A stretch of DNA of 64,000 bases from Nitrososphaeria archaeon (GTDB taxonomy: Archaea > Thermoproteota > Nitrososphaeria > JACIWG01): the NCBI GenBank assembly GCA_963752255.1, contig CAVVXT010000019.1, forward strand, positions 448,001-512,000, in the 5' to 3' direction. Positions 31,791 through 42,078 of this stretch are shown in pieces. The notes under the pieces were generated by a model, which saw nothing but the letters and a program-made list of their open reading frames with translations, searched no databases and had not been told where the DNA came from. Position numbers and translations under genes: made by a program. Positions within the stretch are counted from its first letter, which is position 1, and each line of letters starts with the position of its first letter.

Positions 31791-32945
31791 ATGACGCGTC
31801 GCAATTCATCCTTGCTGATCCTCTATGTAGCGAGTGGAGGGCTTCAGACATCATTGAACATAGCCTTCCTGACCCTACCGATTTACGCTTTGGCAGTTTC
31901 AGCCTCACCATTCGAGATTGGGCTGATGGGCGCTGTCGGGGGTTTGGCGTACTCACTTATGGCACGACTCACGGGTGTCCTCTCCAACAGATACTCGAAA
32001 AGGAACTTCATCACCATAGGTGCGGCTGTTCAAGCCGTTGTTTCATTGGCCTACCCGTTTTGCGGTAACATTTCGCAGCTAATTCCCCTTAGGATAGCCC
32101 AGAGTTTGGGTCTAGCTCTCTTCTGGCCTGCAATAGAGGCCATGATCGTTGAGAGCGCTCAGAAAAATAAGGTGGATCGGGCTTTGGTGGGATACAATGT
32201 CTCCTGGGGAGCAGCTAGTATGGTAGGCTCACCGTTTGCGGGTTTTCTGATAACCGCCTTCTTTCTGACCCTCCCCTTCTACGTCTCCTCAGCCCTCGCC
32301 CTTCTGGTCTCGGTGATGCTTTTGGTTCTACGGAAGAGAACTGGTGATGACCCGCCACCGATGCAGTCGAAGGTGGACGTCGCCACGGATAGGCCGAGTC
32401 GCTTTGTGCTGTTCCTGCCTATGGTCGCCGCCTTCGGCTACTCCTTCAACAGCGGAATCGTGAACACCCTCTTCCCAGTGTCCGCAACTCGTCTAAGTGT
32501 TCCCGCCTTCCAGATCGGCCTCCTATTCTTCCTCTCGAGCCTAGTTCAGACCCTTGTCTTCATCTTTTCGGGGAAACTGATCCGGAGATTCGGGAAGACG
32601 TCCTTCCTGATTGGCGCGGCAGCCTTCACCGTCTCCTTTGCCCTTATGGCGTTTGCTAAGGATGCCTTGGCCTTTGCACCATCTTTTATGGGATTGGGAC
32701 TGGGGCAGGGAATCCTCTACTCTTCATCACTCTATTACCTGATGACGGAGAGCGAGAAGAACAGGGGTCAGGTAACCGGAAACTTTGAAAGCACCCTCGG
32801 CTTGGCCTCTTTCCTAGGCCCTTTTGTGGGCGGAGTGGTCGCTCAGTTCGGCCCTTCATACCCTTATGTGGCTGGAGCCGTAGTGAGTTTTATTATCCTA
32901 GTTGTGCAGATATTCTTCAGGATGAGGCCCTTAGGAAAGGGTTAG
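31791..32945 (+). CDS. MFS transporter
   Basis: About 12 hydrophobic segments; GVLSNRYSKR and GKLIRRFGK loop motifs. Confidence 0.88.
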   Translation: MTRRNSSLLILYVASGGLQTSLNIAFLTLPIYALAVSASPFEIGLMGAVGGLAYSLMARLTGVLSNRYSKRNFITIGAAVQAVVSLAYPFCGNISQLIPLRIAQSLGLALFWPAIEAMIVESAQKNKVDRALVGYNVSWGAASMVGSPFAGFLITAFFLTLPFYVSSALALLVSVMLLVLRKRTGDDPPPMQSKVDVATDRPSRFVLFLPMVAAFGYSFNSGIVNTLFPVSATRLSVPAFQIGLLFFLSSLVQTLVFIFSGKLIRRFGKTSFLIGAAAFTVSFALMAFAKDALAFAPSFMGLGLGQGILYSSSLYYLMTESEKNRGQVTGNFESTLGLASFLGPFVGGVVAQFGPSYPYVAGAVVSFIILVVQIFFRMRPLGKG

Positions 32946-33027
32946 GATAAATGGAAAATATATTGTTGGCAAAGAAAATTCATATATGCTTACCAATATT
33001 AAGTAGATACAAGTTCAGGCAAGCAAA

Positions 33028-33066
33028 TGGACCTGGGGGGACTTATACCCAAAAGGGTTTAAGTCC
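33028..33066 (-). repeat. att-like site 1: degenerate tRNA(Ala)-like 3' end fused to an 11-6-11 inverted repeat
   Basis: Plus strand GGACTTATACC-CAAAAG-GGTTTAAGTCC at 33039-33066. The minus strand ends ...TATAAGT CCCCC CAGGTCC A, i.e. T-loop, T-stem, acceptor strand with U70, A73. Confidence 0.55.
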
Positions 33067-33121
33067 TATATTAAATTACATGCCCGCTGGTCAACGTGGA
33101 TTACACAATGCTGGCAACCTA

Positions 33122-33925
33122 CTATGTTCCTGACTTTTCCTTCTTCAGCCAAGACACTATTCTGTCTGCCAACTGATTTCTGACATTCTTAAATGAGTGG
33201 TCTGTGTCAAAGATTTCTATTTGAACTTGCTTAGCTCCATGCCTCTGCAAGGCTCTGAAGAGAGGCAATATGTGATGTTCTATGGTGTTCTCTTGGTCAC
33301 GCCACCCACCGATTATAAGAATATCCTTGCAAGATAGTGCCTGAGCATGTTTGACCAAATCGTATTTGTCCATGTCTGCAAATACTTCAGCAAACAATTC
33401 TTCAGCTTTCGAAGCTCTGAAACCTGAATCGGATATGCCTTGGTCTACCATCTTCAAAACCGCTCGCCTAAACTCATCACTCTCTTGCATCATCCTTCCC
33501 ACTTCGCTTAGGTTGCCTCCAGCAATGTAAACCACTCTTCTCACGGCGGCATCATTCAATGAGCCTAATAGAGCCATTCCGCCACCAAAACTATATCCAA
33601 TGATTGTAATACTTGAGGGGTCAACATCAAACTCTCGAACAGCAACGCTGGAAGTCGCATAGCATATAGCTGAGATTACATCCTCCAGGGAGTTAGCAGT
33701 TGTATGTAGTCCTTCGCTTCCCCACGTGCCTCGGTAGTTGAAGGCAAGAGCATTAAAACCTTTTTTCACCAATCTCTTGCCAAGTCCAAGCACGTCTGCG
33801 TTGTTTCCTGGAAAACCATGACAGAGGACAACTGTTGGCAACGGTCCTACTCCAGAGGCTTTGTAGAAGAACCCATAAATATTCGTGCCTTTACCCTCAA
33901 ATACAACTGGAACTGGCTTAATCAT
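33122..33925 (-). CDS. Alpha/beta-fold hydrolase
   Basis: HGFPG, NYRG.WGSEG, GYSFGG nucleophile elbow, TDHSF. Confidence 0.88.
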   Translation of the reverse strand: MIKPVPVVFEGKGTNIYGFFYKASGVGPLPTVVLCHGFPGNNADVLGLGKRLVKKGFNALAFNYRGTWGSEGLHTTANSLEDVISAICYATSSVAVREFDVDPSSITIIGYSFGGGMALLGSLNDAAVRRVVYIAGGNLSEVGRMMQESDEFRRAVLKMVDQGISDSGFRASKAEELFAEVFADMDKYDLVKHAQALSCKDILIIGGWRDQENTIEHHILPLFRALQRHGAKQVQIEIFDTDHSFKNVRNQLADRIVSWLKKEKSGT

Positions 33926-33998
33926 CTGCCATCACACAACTATATCCAACACAAAGAGATAAATACAGGGAGGTGACAATAATCACAAGTGAATTATA

Positions 33999-34274
33999 AT
34001 GCCTAAGTTCTTAGCCGTTCACCCGTTCCCAAAACCTGTACCCGTTAAAGAAGGCACTCCTTTAGCAAAGAAAGTTAAGGCCAACTCTACACTTGATGCC
34101 TACTGGGTAAGAAGCTGGGCCCAACTAAATGAAAAGGGCGATGTAGTCAAGCTATTCTGTGAATGGAACGCCAAAGATATGGCTGCTATCCACAAAGTGA
34201 TTGCCAAGATTCCAGAGCTGCCTACAGAAGGCGTCTATCCATTAGCGATATTAGACTGCGAAGATTACAGGTAA
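33999..34274 (+). CDS. DUF4242-like small protein
   Basis: MPKFLAVH..YWVRSW..KLFCEWNA pattern; GGAGGTG RBS upstream and T-tract downstream. Confidence 0.6.
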   Translation: MPKFLAVHPFPKPVPVKEGTPLAKKVKANSTLDAYWVRSWAQLNEKGDVVKLFCEWNAKDMAAIHKVIAKIPELPTEGVYPLAILDCEDYR

Positions 34275-34290
34275 ATTTAAAAACTCCCCC

Positions 34291-34303
34291 TCTTTTTTTT
34301 CTT
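34291..34303 (+). terminator. Archaeal oligo-T terminator
   Basis: TCTTTTTTTTCTT 17 nt after the stop of 33999-34274. Confidence 0.45.
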
Positions 34304-34638
34304 CGTATAAAGTTTTTGTGTCAATATATGTTTTTTTCTTTTTTTGAGTAGTGAGAGGGTATTAACACAAATATTTGGGCTCAAACACTACTTAAACAAA
34401 CATTAAATCTCTATTTAACTGGTGAATAAGGGCTCCTTTATATAGTAGGACTCCATCTTATATTCGATAGCGATGCGTCTTAGTAGATTTGTTACTAACA
34501 TGGAAGGATATCTGATTAAGAGCAAAGGCTATCAAAGCCGACTTCTAAATTTCAGAAACAGCTAACTAATCTTAATCTGGTCCACGATATTCATGTGAAT
34601 TAAAGTTGTTTTAACTAATATTTGTCATCTTTGGTACA

Positions 34639-34914
34639 ATGACCATCACTTTTTTAATTGGAGTAATTAATCCGGTAGCAAGCGTTTTTGCTGAGTTCGC
34701 CATTATGATGCTCTTATTTCCCTGCATATTTCGACGCAATGAATTAAGGGCAGATATGGAAGGAGCAAAAGCCTTTACTCCAGAGGCTCTAATCGCAGTC
34801 TTTGAAAGTCTAAAAAACATGTACAGAAAAGATGAAGGCTCAGACACTCATCCACCTCTACAAGAGAGAATCAACCGATTAATGCACCTTTTAGACTCAG
34901 ATAATCGAAGCTAA
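34639..34914 (+). pseudogene. C-terminal fragment of an M48 (HtpX-like) peptidase
   Basis: RRNELRAD, EALIAVF, THPPLQERI are present; the HExxH region is missing. Confidence 0.65.
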
Positions 34915-35176
34915 TATAATTATGTAACAATAACAGAAGGTGGGAATCCTGTTATAATAACTCCAACTCAGGCAGACAGGTGGTTTAAACCCTCTTTAAA
35001 CCCTTAACCAGCACTATTCTGCAGTTAACACCCTGGTGCCGAGGCCTTAAACTGGTTTAGGTAATACCAACAATCAAGCTGGCTCAGTTATTTAGATGTC
35101 TCACGACAAGTCTTGATTCATTCGAAATAGTTAACCTTTTAAATGCAAACAAAGTATTTACAAATAGGTAAGCGCT

Positions 35177-35731
35177 ATGGATTTATTCGAAGTCATTGAT
35201 AAAAGAAGGAGCATACGCAAGTTCAAGAATGAACCTGTAGCTACAGAGCATTTGAGAAAGATTTTGGAAGCTGGACGTTTAGCACCATCAGGTGGCAACC
35301 GTCAACCATGGTATTTCATAGCAGTCAGAGATTTAGAGACAAAGAAGGCGGTATCAGCTTCAAGCAAGTCGGAGAGGAATCAAAAGCTCCTTTCCAGTGC
35401 AGATACGATAATTGTATTGGTAAGTAACCCAGAATTGGAGAAAGAACATAGGTCTCCGTTTGTTTGCTCAGAAAGATCTTGGTACAAACAGGATCCGATG
35501 TTAGCTGGAGAACATATGGTTCTAGCTGCGACTGCACTTGGGTATGGGACGTGTTGGATCGCAGGTTTTAATGATTTTGAAGTTAAGAAGATTTTAAAGA
35601 TTCCTGAAAATCTAGCAGTTATCGCGCTAATTGCCATTGGTATCTCAAATGAGAGCCCACCCCCAAGAGCTTTAAAAGCATTCAAGGAAACTTTCTTTAA
35701 AGACTCCTTTGGAATCCCATTAGAACTATAA
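35177..35731 (+). CDS. Nitroreductase family protein
   Basis: RRSIRKF, APSGGNRQPW, LGYGTCWI. Confidence 0.92.
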   Translation: MDLFEVIDKRRSIRKFKNEPVATEHLRKILEAGRLAPSGGNRQPWYFIAVRDLETKKAVSASSKSERNQKLLSSADTIIVLVSNPELEKEHRSPFVCSERSWYKQDPMLAGEHMVLAATALGYGTCWIAGFNDFEVKKILKIPENLAVIALIAIGISNESPPPRALKAFKETFFKDSFGIPLEL

Positions 35732-35759
35732 TTGGAAAATTATCATAGGTTCTTTATTC

Positions 35760-35957
35760 TTAATGTGTTGGCAGCCTTATTATGGCTTCATCCGTTGGCA
35801 GTTCTCTCACGTATTCCCACCCCTGCAGTATCCAGTTTCTAACCTCATTAGTAGGAACAATTTTTTGACGAGAATTGCCATTTAGTCCGAGTGCCTGCAT
35901 TGATTTCTTGTTGAATAGTTCTTGTAACTGCTTTGGTGAAAACTTCCATATTCGCAC
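35760..35957 (-). pseudogene. C-terminal remnant of an archaeal tyrosine integrase
   Basis: QKIVPTNEVRNWILQGWEYVRELPTDEAIIRLP resembles, from memory, the C-terminal tail of archaeal site-specific integrases. No catalytic domain is present. Confidence 0.5.
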
Positions 35958-36062
35958 CCTTCAAAGTTCAAAGGAGAATTAACCTTGAGGACATAAATTC
36001 TGCTTTCAGGCATATTAACTCGTTTCAGTAATAACTTTTCCATATACCAAATTTAGGGTTTA

Positions 36063-37157
36063 TTAGACAGTCTGGAAGAGAAGTCTGTTAAAGATCCTTA
36101 AGATGTCTTCTTTGGGCGCCACCATATTCTGAAGCATAGTAACTATCTGGAGACCGTGGGGACATCTTTCCTCACACCTTCCGCAGCCGTCGCATGACCT
36201 TATTTGGGATATCTCTTCTTCAATTGTAGCTATAGAGTTGCTCATTCTTTCCCGAGACCATGGGAACTGCTCGAATGCTTGTGGCCCCATCGTTCGATAG
36301 TGATCGAATATTACATCTGAACCTAAGAGGCTGGCTATTGGAATCTTCTTGGGGCACGGTTCACATTCAGTGCACATTCGGCATCGCACTTGATCTAAAC
36401 TCTCAGCCAGCTGATCCACTTGCCTCTTCTCTTCTGTAGTAAGGGAAATGTCTTGCATACGATTTAACATAAAATCCTCCTCCGCCTCTTCCAACGTCGT
36501 TACACCAGGTACTACAGTGGATACTGGTTGGTTGATAAGCCACTTCAGCGCCAAACTCGCAGGAAGCAGACCTGTTGCCAGCGGCTTCATGATGGTCACC
36601 GCTATACCTCTGCTGTTGCAGAGTGGGATAAGCTCCTTCAGAGGTTCCCTCTCTACTACGTTCATGGGCACCAGAATTATGTCGAAATCAAAGCGGTTGA
36701 TCGCTTCTATGAGCACATCGCTTCTGTGGCTCGTGCACCCTATGTACCTTATCAGGCCCTTATCGCAAGCTTCTACAAGGGCTTCCAAAGCTCCACCTGA
36801 ACCAAGACGTTTCCCAAGATCTTCGATATTCCTTACACCGTGGAGGTGGTAGTTATCTATGTAGCCCGTATGCAGACGTTCGAGCGACTCCCTGATCTCC
36901 CTTCCAGCATCCTCCTTCGTCTTGGCTGTGGTCTTAGTTGAGAGGAACACTTTGTCACGGTTCCCTGCGAGGGCGATGCCTAACTTGATTTCACTATCCC
37001 AATAGGATCTCGCTACGTCGATGTAGTTTACGCCCAGTTCAAGGGCTCTGAGAATTATCCTGACCCCATAGCCTGTTTCAGACGAGCCTATCGGAACACA
37101 TCCAAGGCCTAAAGCTGAGACGTCAAACCCTGTTCTGCCTAACCTCCGATATTGCAT
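36063..37157 (-). CDS. Aldo/keto reductase with C-terminal 4Fe-4S domain
   Basis: YRRLGRTG..VSALGLG, D.ARSY..SE, LSTK; CRMCTECEPC and CDGCGRCEERC. Confidence 0.9.
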   Translation of the reverse strand: MQYRRLGRTGFDVSALGLGCVPIGSSETGYGVRIILRALELGVNYIDVARSYWDSEIKLGIALAGNRDKVFLSTKTTAKTKEDAGREIRESLERLHTGYIDNYHLHGVRNIEDLGKRLGSGGALEALVEACDKGLIRYIGCTSHRSDVLIEAINRFDFDIILVPMNVVEREPLKELIPLCNSRGIAVTIMKPLATGLLPASLALKWLINQPVSTVVPGVTTLEEAEEDFMLNRMQDISLTTEEKRQVDQLAESLDQVRCRMCTECEPCPKKIPIASLLGSDVIFDHYRTMGPQAFEQFPWSRERMSNSIATIEEEISQIRSCDGCGRCEERCPHGLQIVTMLQNMVAPKEDILRIFNRLLFQTV

Positions 37158-37352
37158 TATGGTCCTTATGACAGCGTTGCAGAAATATAAACACTTTGAA
37201 GACCAACTTTAAATTTGATACAAATGACTTCTTCAGAAAACGCCTACGATAGGTCAGCTTCTACAACATCTTTTCTCAGTTTTCGATCGACTTCAGTTAT
37301 AGAAAGACCTATATCCACACCCCTTCTTCGGACACCATTTGAGGTTACTTTT

Positions 37353-38312
37353 GTGGAACCTGCGATAGAAACTATCGGCCTCTCGAAAAATTACGGTTCT
37401 CTCACAGCCGTGAACAAGCTGAATTTGAAAGTCGAGAGAAACACGATTCATGGTTTCTTGGGCCCTAATGGTGCAGGGAAAACAACCACGATAAAGATGC
37501 TCGTTGGCCTCTTGAAGCCTGACGGAGGTACCGCCAAGGTGTTAGGGCAGGAGGTCCGAGGCGATAACCCTGCTGCAAGGATGAAGATGGGCTACATGCC
37601 AGAGCTACCCAGGTTCCCCAAACACCTGAAAGGATTTGAGCTCCTCGACATCTATGGTAGGATGTACGGAATGCCCGAGCATGAACGCAGGGAGCAGATA
37701 CCAAAGCTTTTGGATATGGTGGGCCTCAAGGGGAGAGAGAAAGACCTCATCGGAAAATACAGCAAGGGTATGCAGCAGCGCATAGGGATCGCGCAGGCGC
37801 TCCTTGGCCATCCTGAACTCGTGATTTTGGATGAGCCCAGCCTTGGTCTAGATCCTGTTGGCATGATCGAGGTAAGGGAGCTGATGAAGGAGATCGCAAG
37901 AGAGGGGAGGACAGTGTTCGTGTCATCGCATCTTTTATTTGAGGTCGAACAGATCTGCGATTATGTCACAATAATTCATCAAGGGAACCTTCTTGTTTCA
38001 GATTCTCTTCAAAACGTCTTGGGCATGCTTCACGGACGCACGGCATTGCAAATCGAGGTGGTCAACCTCACAGATGCTATGATCGAGGGTGTGAGGAGCC
38101 TTCCGTTTGTCTCCAATGTCACCAAGACAGAAAATGCTCTTACAATTGAATTGAGTACTGGTGATGATGTGCGGGCCCAAATTTCGCAGGAGGTCACCAA
38201 GCGCGGAGGAGTCATCGTCTCCATGAGCATGAAAGGGCACAACTTGGAAGATGTCTTTGTTCAGTTGGTTGCGAAATCTGATAGCAAAGCGGAAGGAGGG
38301 GTTGTAAAGTAA
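37353..38312 (+). CDS. ABC transporter ATP-binding protein
   Basis: GPNGAGKTT, YSKGMQQR, LDEP, SSH. The GTG start at 37353 is preferred over 37215. Confidence 0.93.
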   Translation: MEPAIETIGLSKNYGSLTAVNKLNLKVERNTIHGFLGPNGAGKTTTIKMLVGLLKPDGGTAKVLGQEVRGDNPAARMKMGYMPELPRFPKHLKGFELLDIYGRMYGMPEHERREQIPKLLDMVGLKGREKDLIGKYSKGMQQRIGIAQALLGHPELVILDEPSLGLDPVGMIEVRELMKEIAREGRTVFVSSHLLFEVEQICDYVTIIHQGNLLVSDSLQNVLGMLHGRTALQIEVVNLTDAMIEGVRSLPFVSNVTKTENALTIELSTGDDVRAQISQEVTKRGGVIVSMSMKGHNLEDVFVQLVAKSDSKAEGGVVK

Positions 38313-39281
38313 TTGAGCGCAGAAACTGAAACAAGAAAAATGAAGGCCAACAGTGCTTTGCGTTTCTGGGCAATCGTAAGGTACGAAATACTCTGGAACA
38401 TACGAAAGAAAAAAGTACTTGGTATGGTCTTGTTCGCGCTGGTTTTCTCGATTATTCCGCTCGCACTCGCTCCAGCTTTGATTAGCATCGTTGGTCAAAC
38501 TCTGACGAAGAACCCTGACTACGTTGCGACCTCCGGTGGAATCAGCGGGCTCATCATGTTCCTCTTTGGTCTGGTTGCTGTAATGAACAGCATTTCCGGG
38601 GAATTTGAGAGCGGGACGATAGTGCCTCTGTTGACCAAGCCTGTGTCAAGGACTATGGTGTTTCTGGGAAAGGTCTCGGCGGCGATCCTGACACTGATTC
38701 CTGTGTACATCCTGCTCTACGTCATACAAATCGTTGGAGGAATCATTGTTTATGGACCGCAGAACAATCTCTACCTCGCTTCTCTTTCCTTCCTCGGCAA
38801 CATCATCAGCACGCTGGTCTGGATGGCGATTGTGCTCGCGATAGGATCTGTCACAAAGAGTTCTCTTTTTGCTGCGCTAGGACCTTTTGTGATCTACATT
38901 GCCATATCCATCAGCGCGGGAATCTTCGCTGTTTTCTCAGGGCAGGCATGGGTTCTAACCTACATACCCGGGGGCGGGAATGCAGGATATGTTGCCAGCA
39001 CTGCGAATGCTTCCGTAAGTCTGTCAACGACATCTGCATCAACTGGGACAGATGGGATTGCCGCTGCTCTGGTGAAGTACGTGCTTCATCCTTCGTATTA
39101 CGTGCTATTTGTAAAGATTAGCGGTATTAGCAGTTCGGTAACGGCTCCCACCTTAACTGTCACTTCAACCGAACCGCTCTTGGAGGTGTTGCTCACAGCC
39201 ATAGGAGTCGCATTTGCTTACATCATTGCCTTTCTCCTCATCGCTTGGTTTGCATTCAGACGGGCTCAAATCTCTGAGTGA
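38313..39281 (+). CDS. ABC-2 type permease
   Basis: ISGEFESGT..LLTKPVSR...LGK motif, multiple TM helices, adjacent to the ATPase. Confidence 0.88.
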   Translation: MSAETETRKMKANSALRFWAIVRYEILWNIRKKKVLGMVLFALVFSIIPLALAPALISIVGQTLTKNPDYVATSGGISGLIMFLFGLVAVMNSISGEFESGTIVPLLTKPVSRTMVFLGKVSAAILTLIPVYILLYVIQIVGGIIVYGPQNNLYLASLSFLGNIISTLVWMAIVLAIGSVTKSSLFAALGPFVIYIAISISAGIFAVFSGQAWVLTYIPGGGNAGYVASTANASVSLSTTSASTGTDGIAAALVKYVLHPSYYVLFVKISGISSSVTAPTLTVTSTEPLLEVLLTAIGVAFAYIIAFLLIAWFAFRRAQISE

Positions 39282-39573
39282 AGTCGATAACTGCGATATC
39301 CGACGCCGAGGTCAGGCAGAAAATTAAAAAGGAACATGAATCTTAAGAATTGATAGAAGACATTTTAAAGAAGATGAAGATATAACACAGTATAATTGAT
39401 AGCAATCACGGCAAAATGCTCTTAGTTATATTGTTCTGTAGAATAAGCCTTGTAATTGTAGGATTAGGGTTAAGTTCTGGAGTTGAAAAGATATTAGCAA
39501 CATTTGAGAAGACCAATATTTGGCAGAAAAGTTATAGTAGAACCATTTCTATTATATTAGATGGGGACACTAA

Positions 39574-40110
39574 TTGCTTGAAGGAAAAAATGTGAATTTG
39601 AGGCTTATGGAGAAAGAGGATTTGCCACTATTTGCGGAATGGTTTAACAAGCCTGAAGTCTTTGGTGAATACAATCCTTTTCATCAGATATCCAGAACAG
39701 AAGCAGAGAAGATGCTCGATACCCCTCACGAACTGAAGCCTTTCATAATAGAAAAGAAAGATGGAAGCAAAATCGGTTTTATAGCTTATTTTTACGTCCT
39801 ACATCCTGCAGGCAGGCAACTGGAAATCGGCTATTCTTTGGTGCCGAGTGAGAGGGGAAAGGGCTACTGCACTGAAGCCTCAGAGATTATGGTGGATTTC
39901 CTGTTTCTCTCTAAAGACACAATGCGTATTCAAGCCTTAACTGATTTGAGAAACGTAGCCTCTCAGAAAGTCTTAGAAAAAGTTGGGTTTAAGAAGGAAG
40001 GAACACTTCGTAAAAACTTCTTCATGAGAGGAGAATGGAGAGATGCGTATCTCTATAGTATCCTTAAGGAAGAATGGAAAGAACCTAAGATACTGACAAA
40101 GACGACTTGA
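39574..40110 (+). CDS. GNAT acetyltransferase (RimJ/RimL family)
   Basis: EIGY..RGKGY.TEA, N.ASQKVLEKVGF.KEG.LR. Confidence 0.9.
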   Translation: MLEGKNVNLRLMEKEDLPLFAEWFNKPEVFGEYNPFHQISRTEAEKMLDTPHELKPFIIEKKDGSKIGFIAYFYVLHPAGRQLEIGYSLVPSERGKGYCTEASEIMVDFLFLSKDTMRIQALTDLRNVASQKVLEKVGFKKEGTLRKNFFMRGEWRDAYLYSILKEEWKEPKILTKTT

Positions 40111-40112
40111 AA

Positions 40113-40126
40113 ATATAAGATATGGG
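40113..40126. repeat. Left target-site duplication ATATAAGATATGGG (14 bp)
   Basis: Exact copy at 42065-42078. Confidence 0.85.
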
Positions 40127-40357
40127 GGGGTTATATACAGGTCTCTAAAATTTTGACCCTTTTACTCAGCATCTGGCCTGAAAAATGTTAGCTAACTTTG
40201 AAAATCTGATTCAAACCTAAGTAAATATATCTTTTTATATAAATGATACAGTATTTTTAAAGTAAAACTGCAATAACTATTTTCCTTGTTTGATTTTGAT
40301 TAGACATGAACAAATGTATATAACTGAAGTGTTTAATTATAAGAGGACAAGAGAATA

Positions 40358-41614
40358 TTGAGCAAGAAAAAACCTGTTAAGAAAAAGATTGAAAAGAAAG
40401 TAGAGAAAAAAGTAGTCGTTCCGAAGATTGCGGCGACGCGAAAAGATGCTATCATTGGCAGCGTTCACGAGAAAATAAAGGCGTTCAAAGCTGCTCCTGC
40501 TCCCGCTGTTAAAGAAGGCGTCAAGAACGTGAAGCACTGGTTAGAACAGCAGCCTGAGGTTGAGTCTGTGGCCCTGATAGGCGATTCAGATATGACGGTG
40601 AAGTTCAAGGACGGCACTCAAGTCGGCGTGATGATGAATCGCAAGAACCTTTTCGGCGGAGGTGGCGGAAGTGGAGCATCAAAGGTAGCCCCTTCAGCTG
40701 TTCATATGCGAACCTTGAGTACCCAGCTTGACCCGCACCCGATTTCCAACAAAGCATGCGTTATAGACACCTTGTACGATGATTGGCCGGGCACAGCCAC
40801 TCCAGACACCATTGTGAGCACACTAAAGAACGCGGGCTACGAAGTGGATTTGATTAAGAACAACAATGCGAACCTGAAGTTTTACTCAAACCTAGACGAG
40901 AAAGAATACGGCATAGTCTTCATAATGGCTCATGGCGGCATGATGAACGTCAGCGGAGACAGCAAACTGCACATAATGGCAAGGCCATTTTTCACGAGCT
41001 TCCCACCTTCATCAGGTTATACAGGCGTCGGAGTATTCACGGTTGACACAAACTGCACAGCGCAAGGCTGGGCCTACGTATATGCCTTCAACAACTTGTT
41101 TGTAAGCCAGTACATGAACAAGAGATACTTCCCGAACAGTCTCATTCACTTACTAGTTTGCGAAGGCGCAAATCCCGATGCTCAAAACGATATGATTCAA
41201 ACGTTTCTCGACCGAGGCGTTGGCTGCTACACTGGGTGGACCAAGGACGCAAGCGGCACGCATGGGAGTCCAGCGGCGGTTCAGTTTTTCCAGGTGCTGT
41301 GCGATTCCGTAGCTAGCCCAACCAACACGGTGACCGACGCGATTTCGAAGATCACCGCCTCAGGGCATTCTCCCGATCCAGGCACTGGCGCTTCGCTGGT
41401 CGCATATGGACTAAGCAACATGCAGATTATTCACTGCAGCATAGTGAAAGAAGCCTCGCACATTGTGATTCAGGATTCGAGCGGAAAAACCATCAAGAAA
41501 GGCTTCCATGACATACTGGACGCCATGGAGTACTCGGAAAACCAGATAAACGCGGGCAAACATGCTTCACTGAAGATAACTGAGACAGTTGGACTTAAGA
41601 AGATTCAGTGGTAA
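40358..41614 (+). CDS. Hypothetical protein; putative clan CD (caspase/gingipain/CHAT-fold) cysteine peptidase
   Basis: Lys-rich N-terminus; GIVFIMAHGG and SLIHLLVCEG match the hydrophobic-strand-His-Gly and hydrophobic-strand-Cys dyad pattern; followed by GCYTGW. Confidence 0.5.
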   Translation: MSKKKPVKKKIEKKVEKKVVVPKIAATRKDAIIGSVHEKIKAFKAAPAPAVKEGVKNVKHWLEQQPEVESVALIGDSDMTVKFKDGTQVGVMMNRKNLFGGGGGSGASKVAPSAVHMRTLSTQLDPHPISNKACVIDTLYDDWPGTATPDTIVSTLKNAGYEVDLIKNNNANLKFYSNLDEKEYGIVFIMAHGGMMNVSGDSKLHIMARPFFTSFPPSSGYTGVGVFTVDTNCTAQGWAYVYAFNNLFVSQYMNKRYFPNSLIHLLVCEGANPDAQNDMIQTFLDRGVGCYTGWTKDASGTHGSPAAVQFFQVLCDSVASPTNTVTDAISKITASGHSPDPGTGASLVAYGLSNMQIIHCSIVKEASHIVIQDSSGKTIKKGFHDILDAMEYSENQINAGKHASLKITETVGLKKIQW

Positions 41615-41687
41615 CCAGACAAGCTCTACTAAAAACTCATTTTTTTTCTATATTAAATTCAGGTAAAATGAAATTACTCTTTTGGAT

Positions 41688-41852
41688 ATGCTCCATTACG
41701 TCCTGAAACTAGTGTATCTGACAGGTCTAACGGGTGAGGAATACACCATTTATGAGGATATGAGAAAAATCGTTCAATGGATGTTCACACTTAAACCAAA
41801 GGATGTTAGAAAATATGGAATATCGAAGCAGACATTATCAAACACAAACTGA
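41688..41852 (+). pseudogene. Probable C-terminal remnant of a casposon family-B DNA polymerase
   Basis: LTGLTGEEYTIYEDMRKIVQWMFTLKPKDVRKYGISKQTLSN resembles, from memory, the HTH-like tail (L.PKDV..GIS..TL) of casposon PolB. It lies inside the TIRs. Confidence 0.5.
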
Positions 41853-42064
41853 ATTCTGAGTGCAAATATATTACAAGACCTCTCAAGATAATAAGGGATG
41901 TACATATTTCAAGCTCTGAAAGAAAAGGTCTTTCACAAACAAGTGACCAAAGTTAGAGACAATGAAAAGAGGTCAACTATAAGAAAATTTTTATTTTACA
42001 AAAAAGTTGCTTTCTGATGCCAGTATTTAAAAGGTCAAAATTTTCCAGCAATGTGTATAACCCC

Positions 42065-42078
42065 ATATAAGATATGGG
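42065..42078. repeat. Right target-site duplication ATATAAGATATGGG (14 bp)
   Basis: Exact copy at 40113-40126; includes the last 4 nt of the tRNA fragment. Confidence 0.85.

Larger units (their letters stand above)
40127..42064. mobile_element. Non-autonomous TIR element, probable mini-casposon (1938 bp)
   Basis: Termini are inverted repeats starting GGGGTTATA (26 of the first 32 positions identical, ungapped), flanked by an exact 14-bp TSD that overlaps a tRNA 3' end. Contains a PolB-tail-like remnant; no cas1 or transposase inside. Confidence 0.72.

Noticed and set aside
33039-33066. Chromosomal dif site for XerA
   Set aside because: The geometry fits, but related copies nearby and fusion to tRNA-like 3' ends favour integrase att scars. 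Not fully excluded.
39467-39477. Possible fourth att-like arm (GGGTTAAGTTC)
   Set aside because: Two mismatches and no inverted partner arm at the right spacing.
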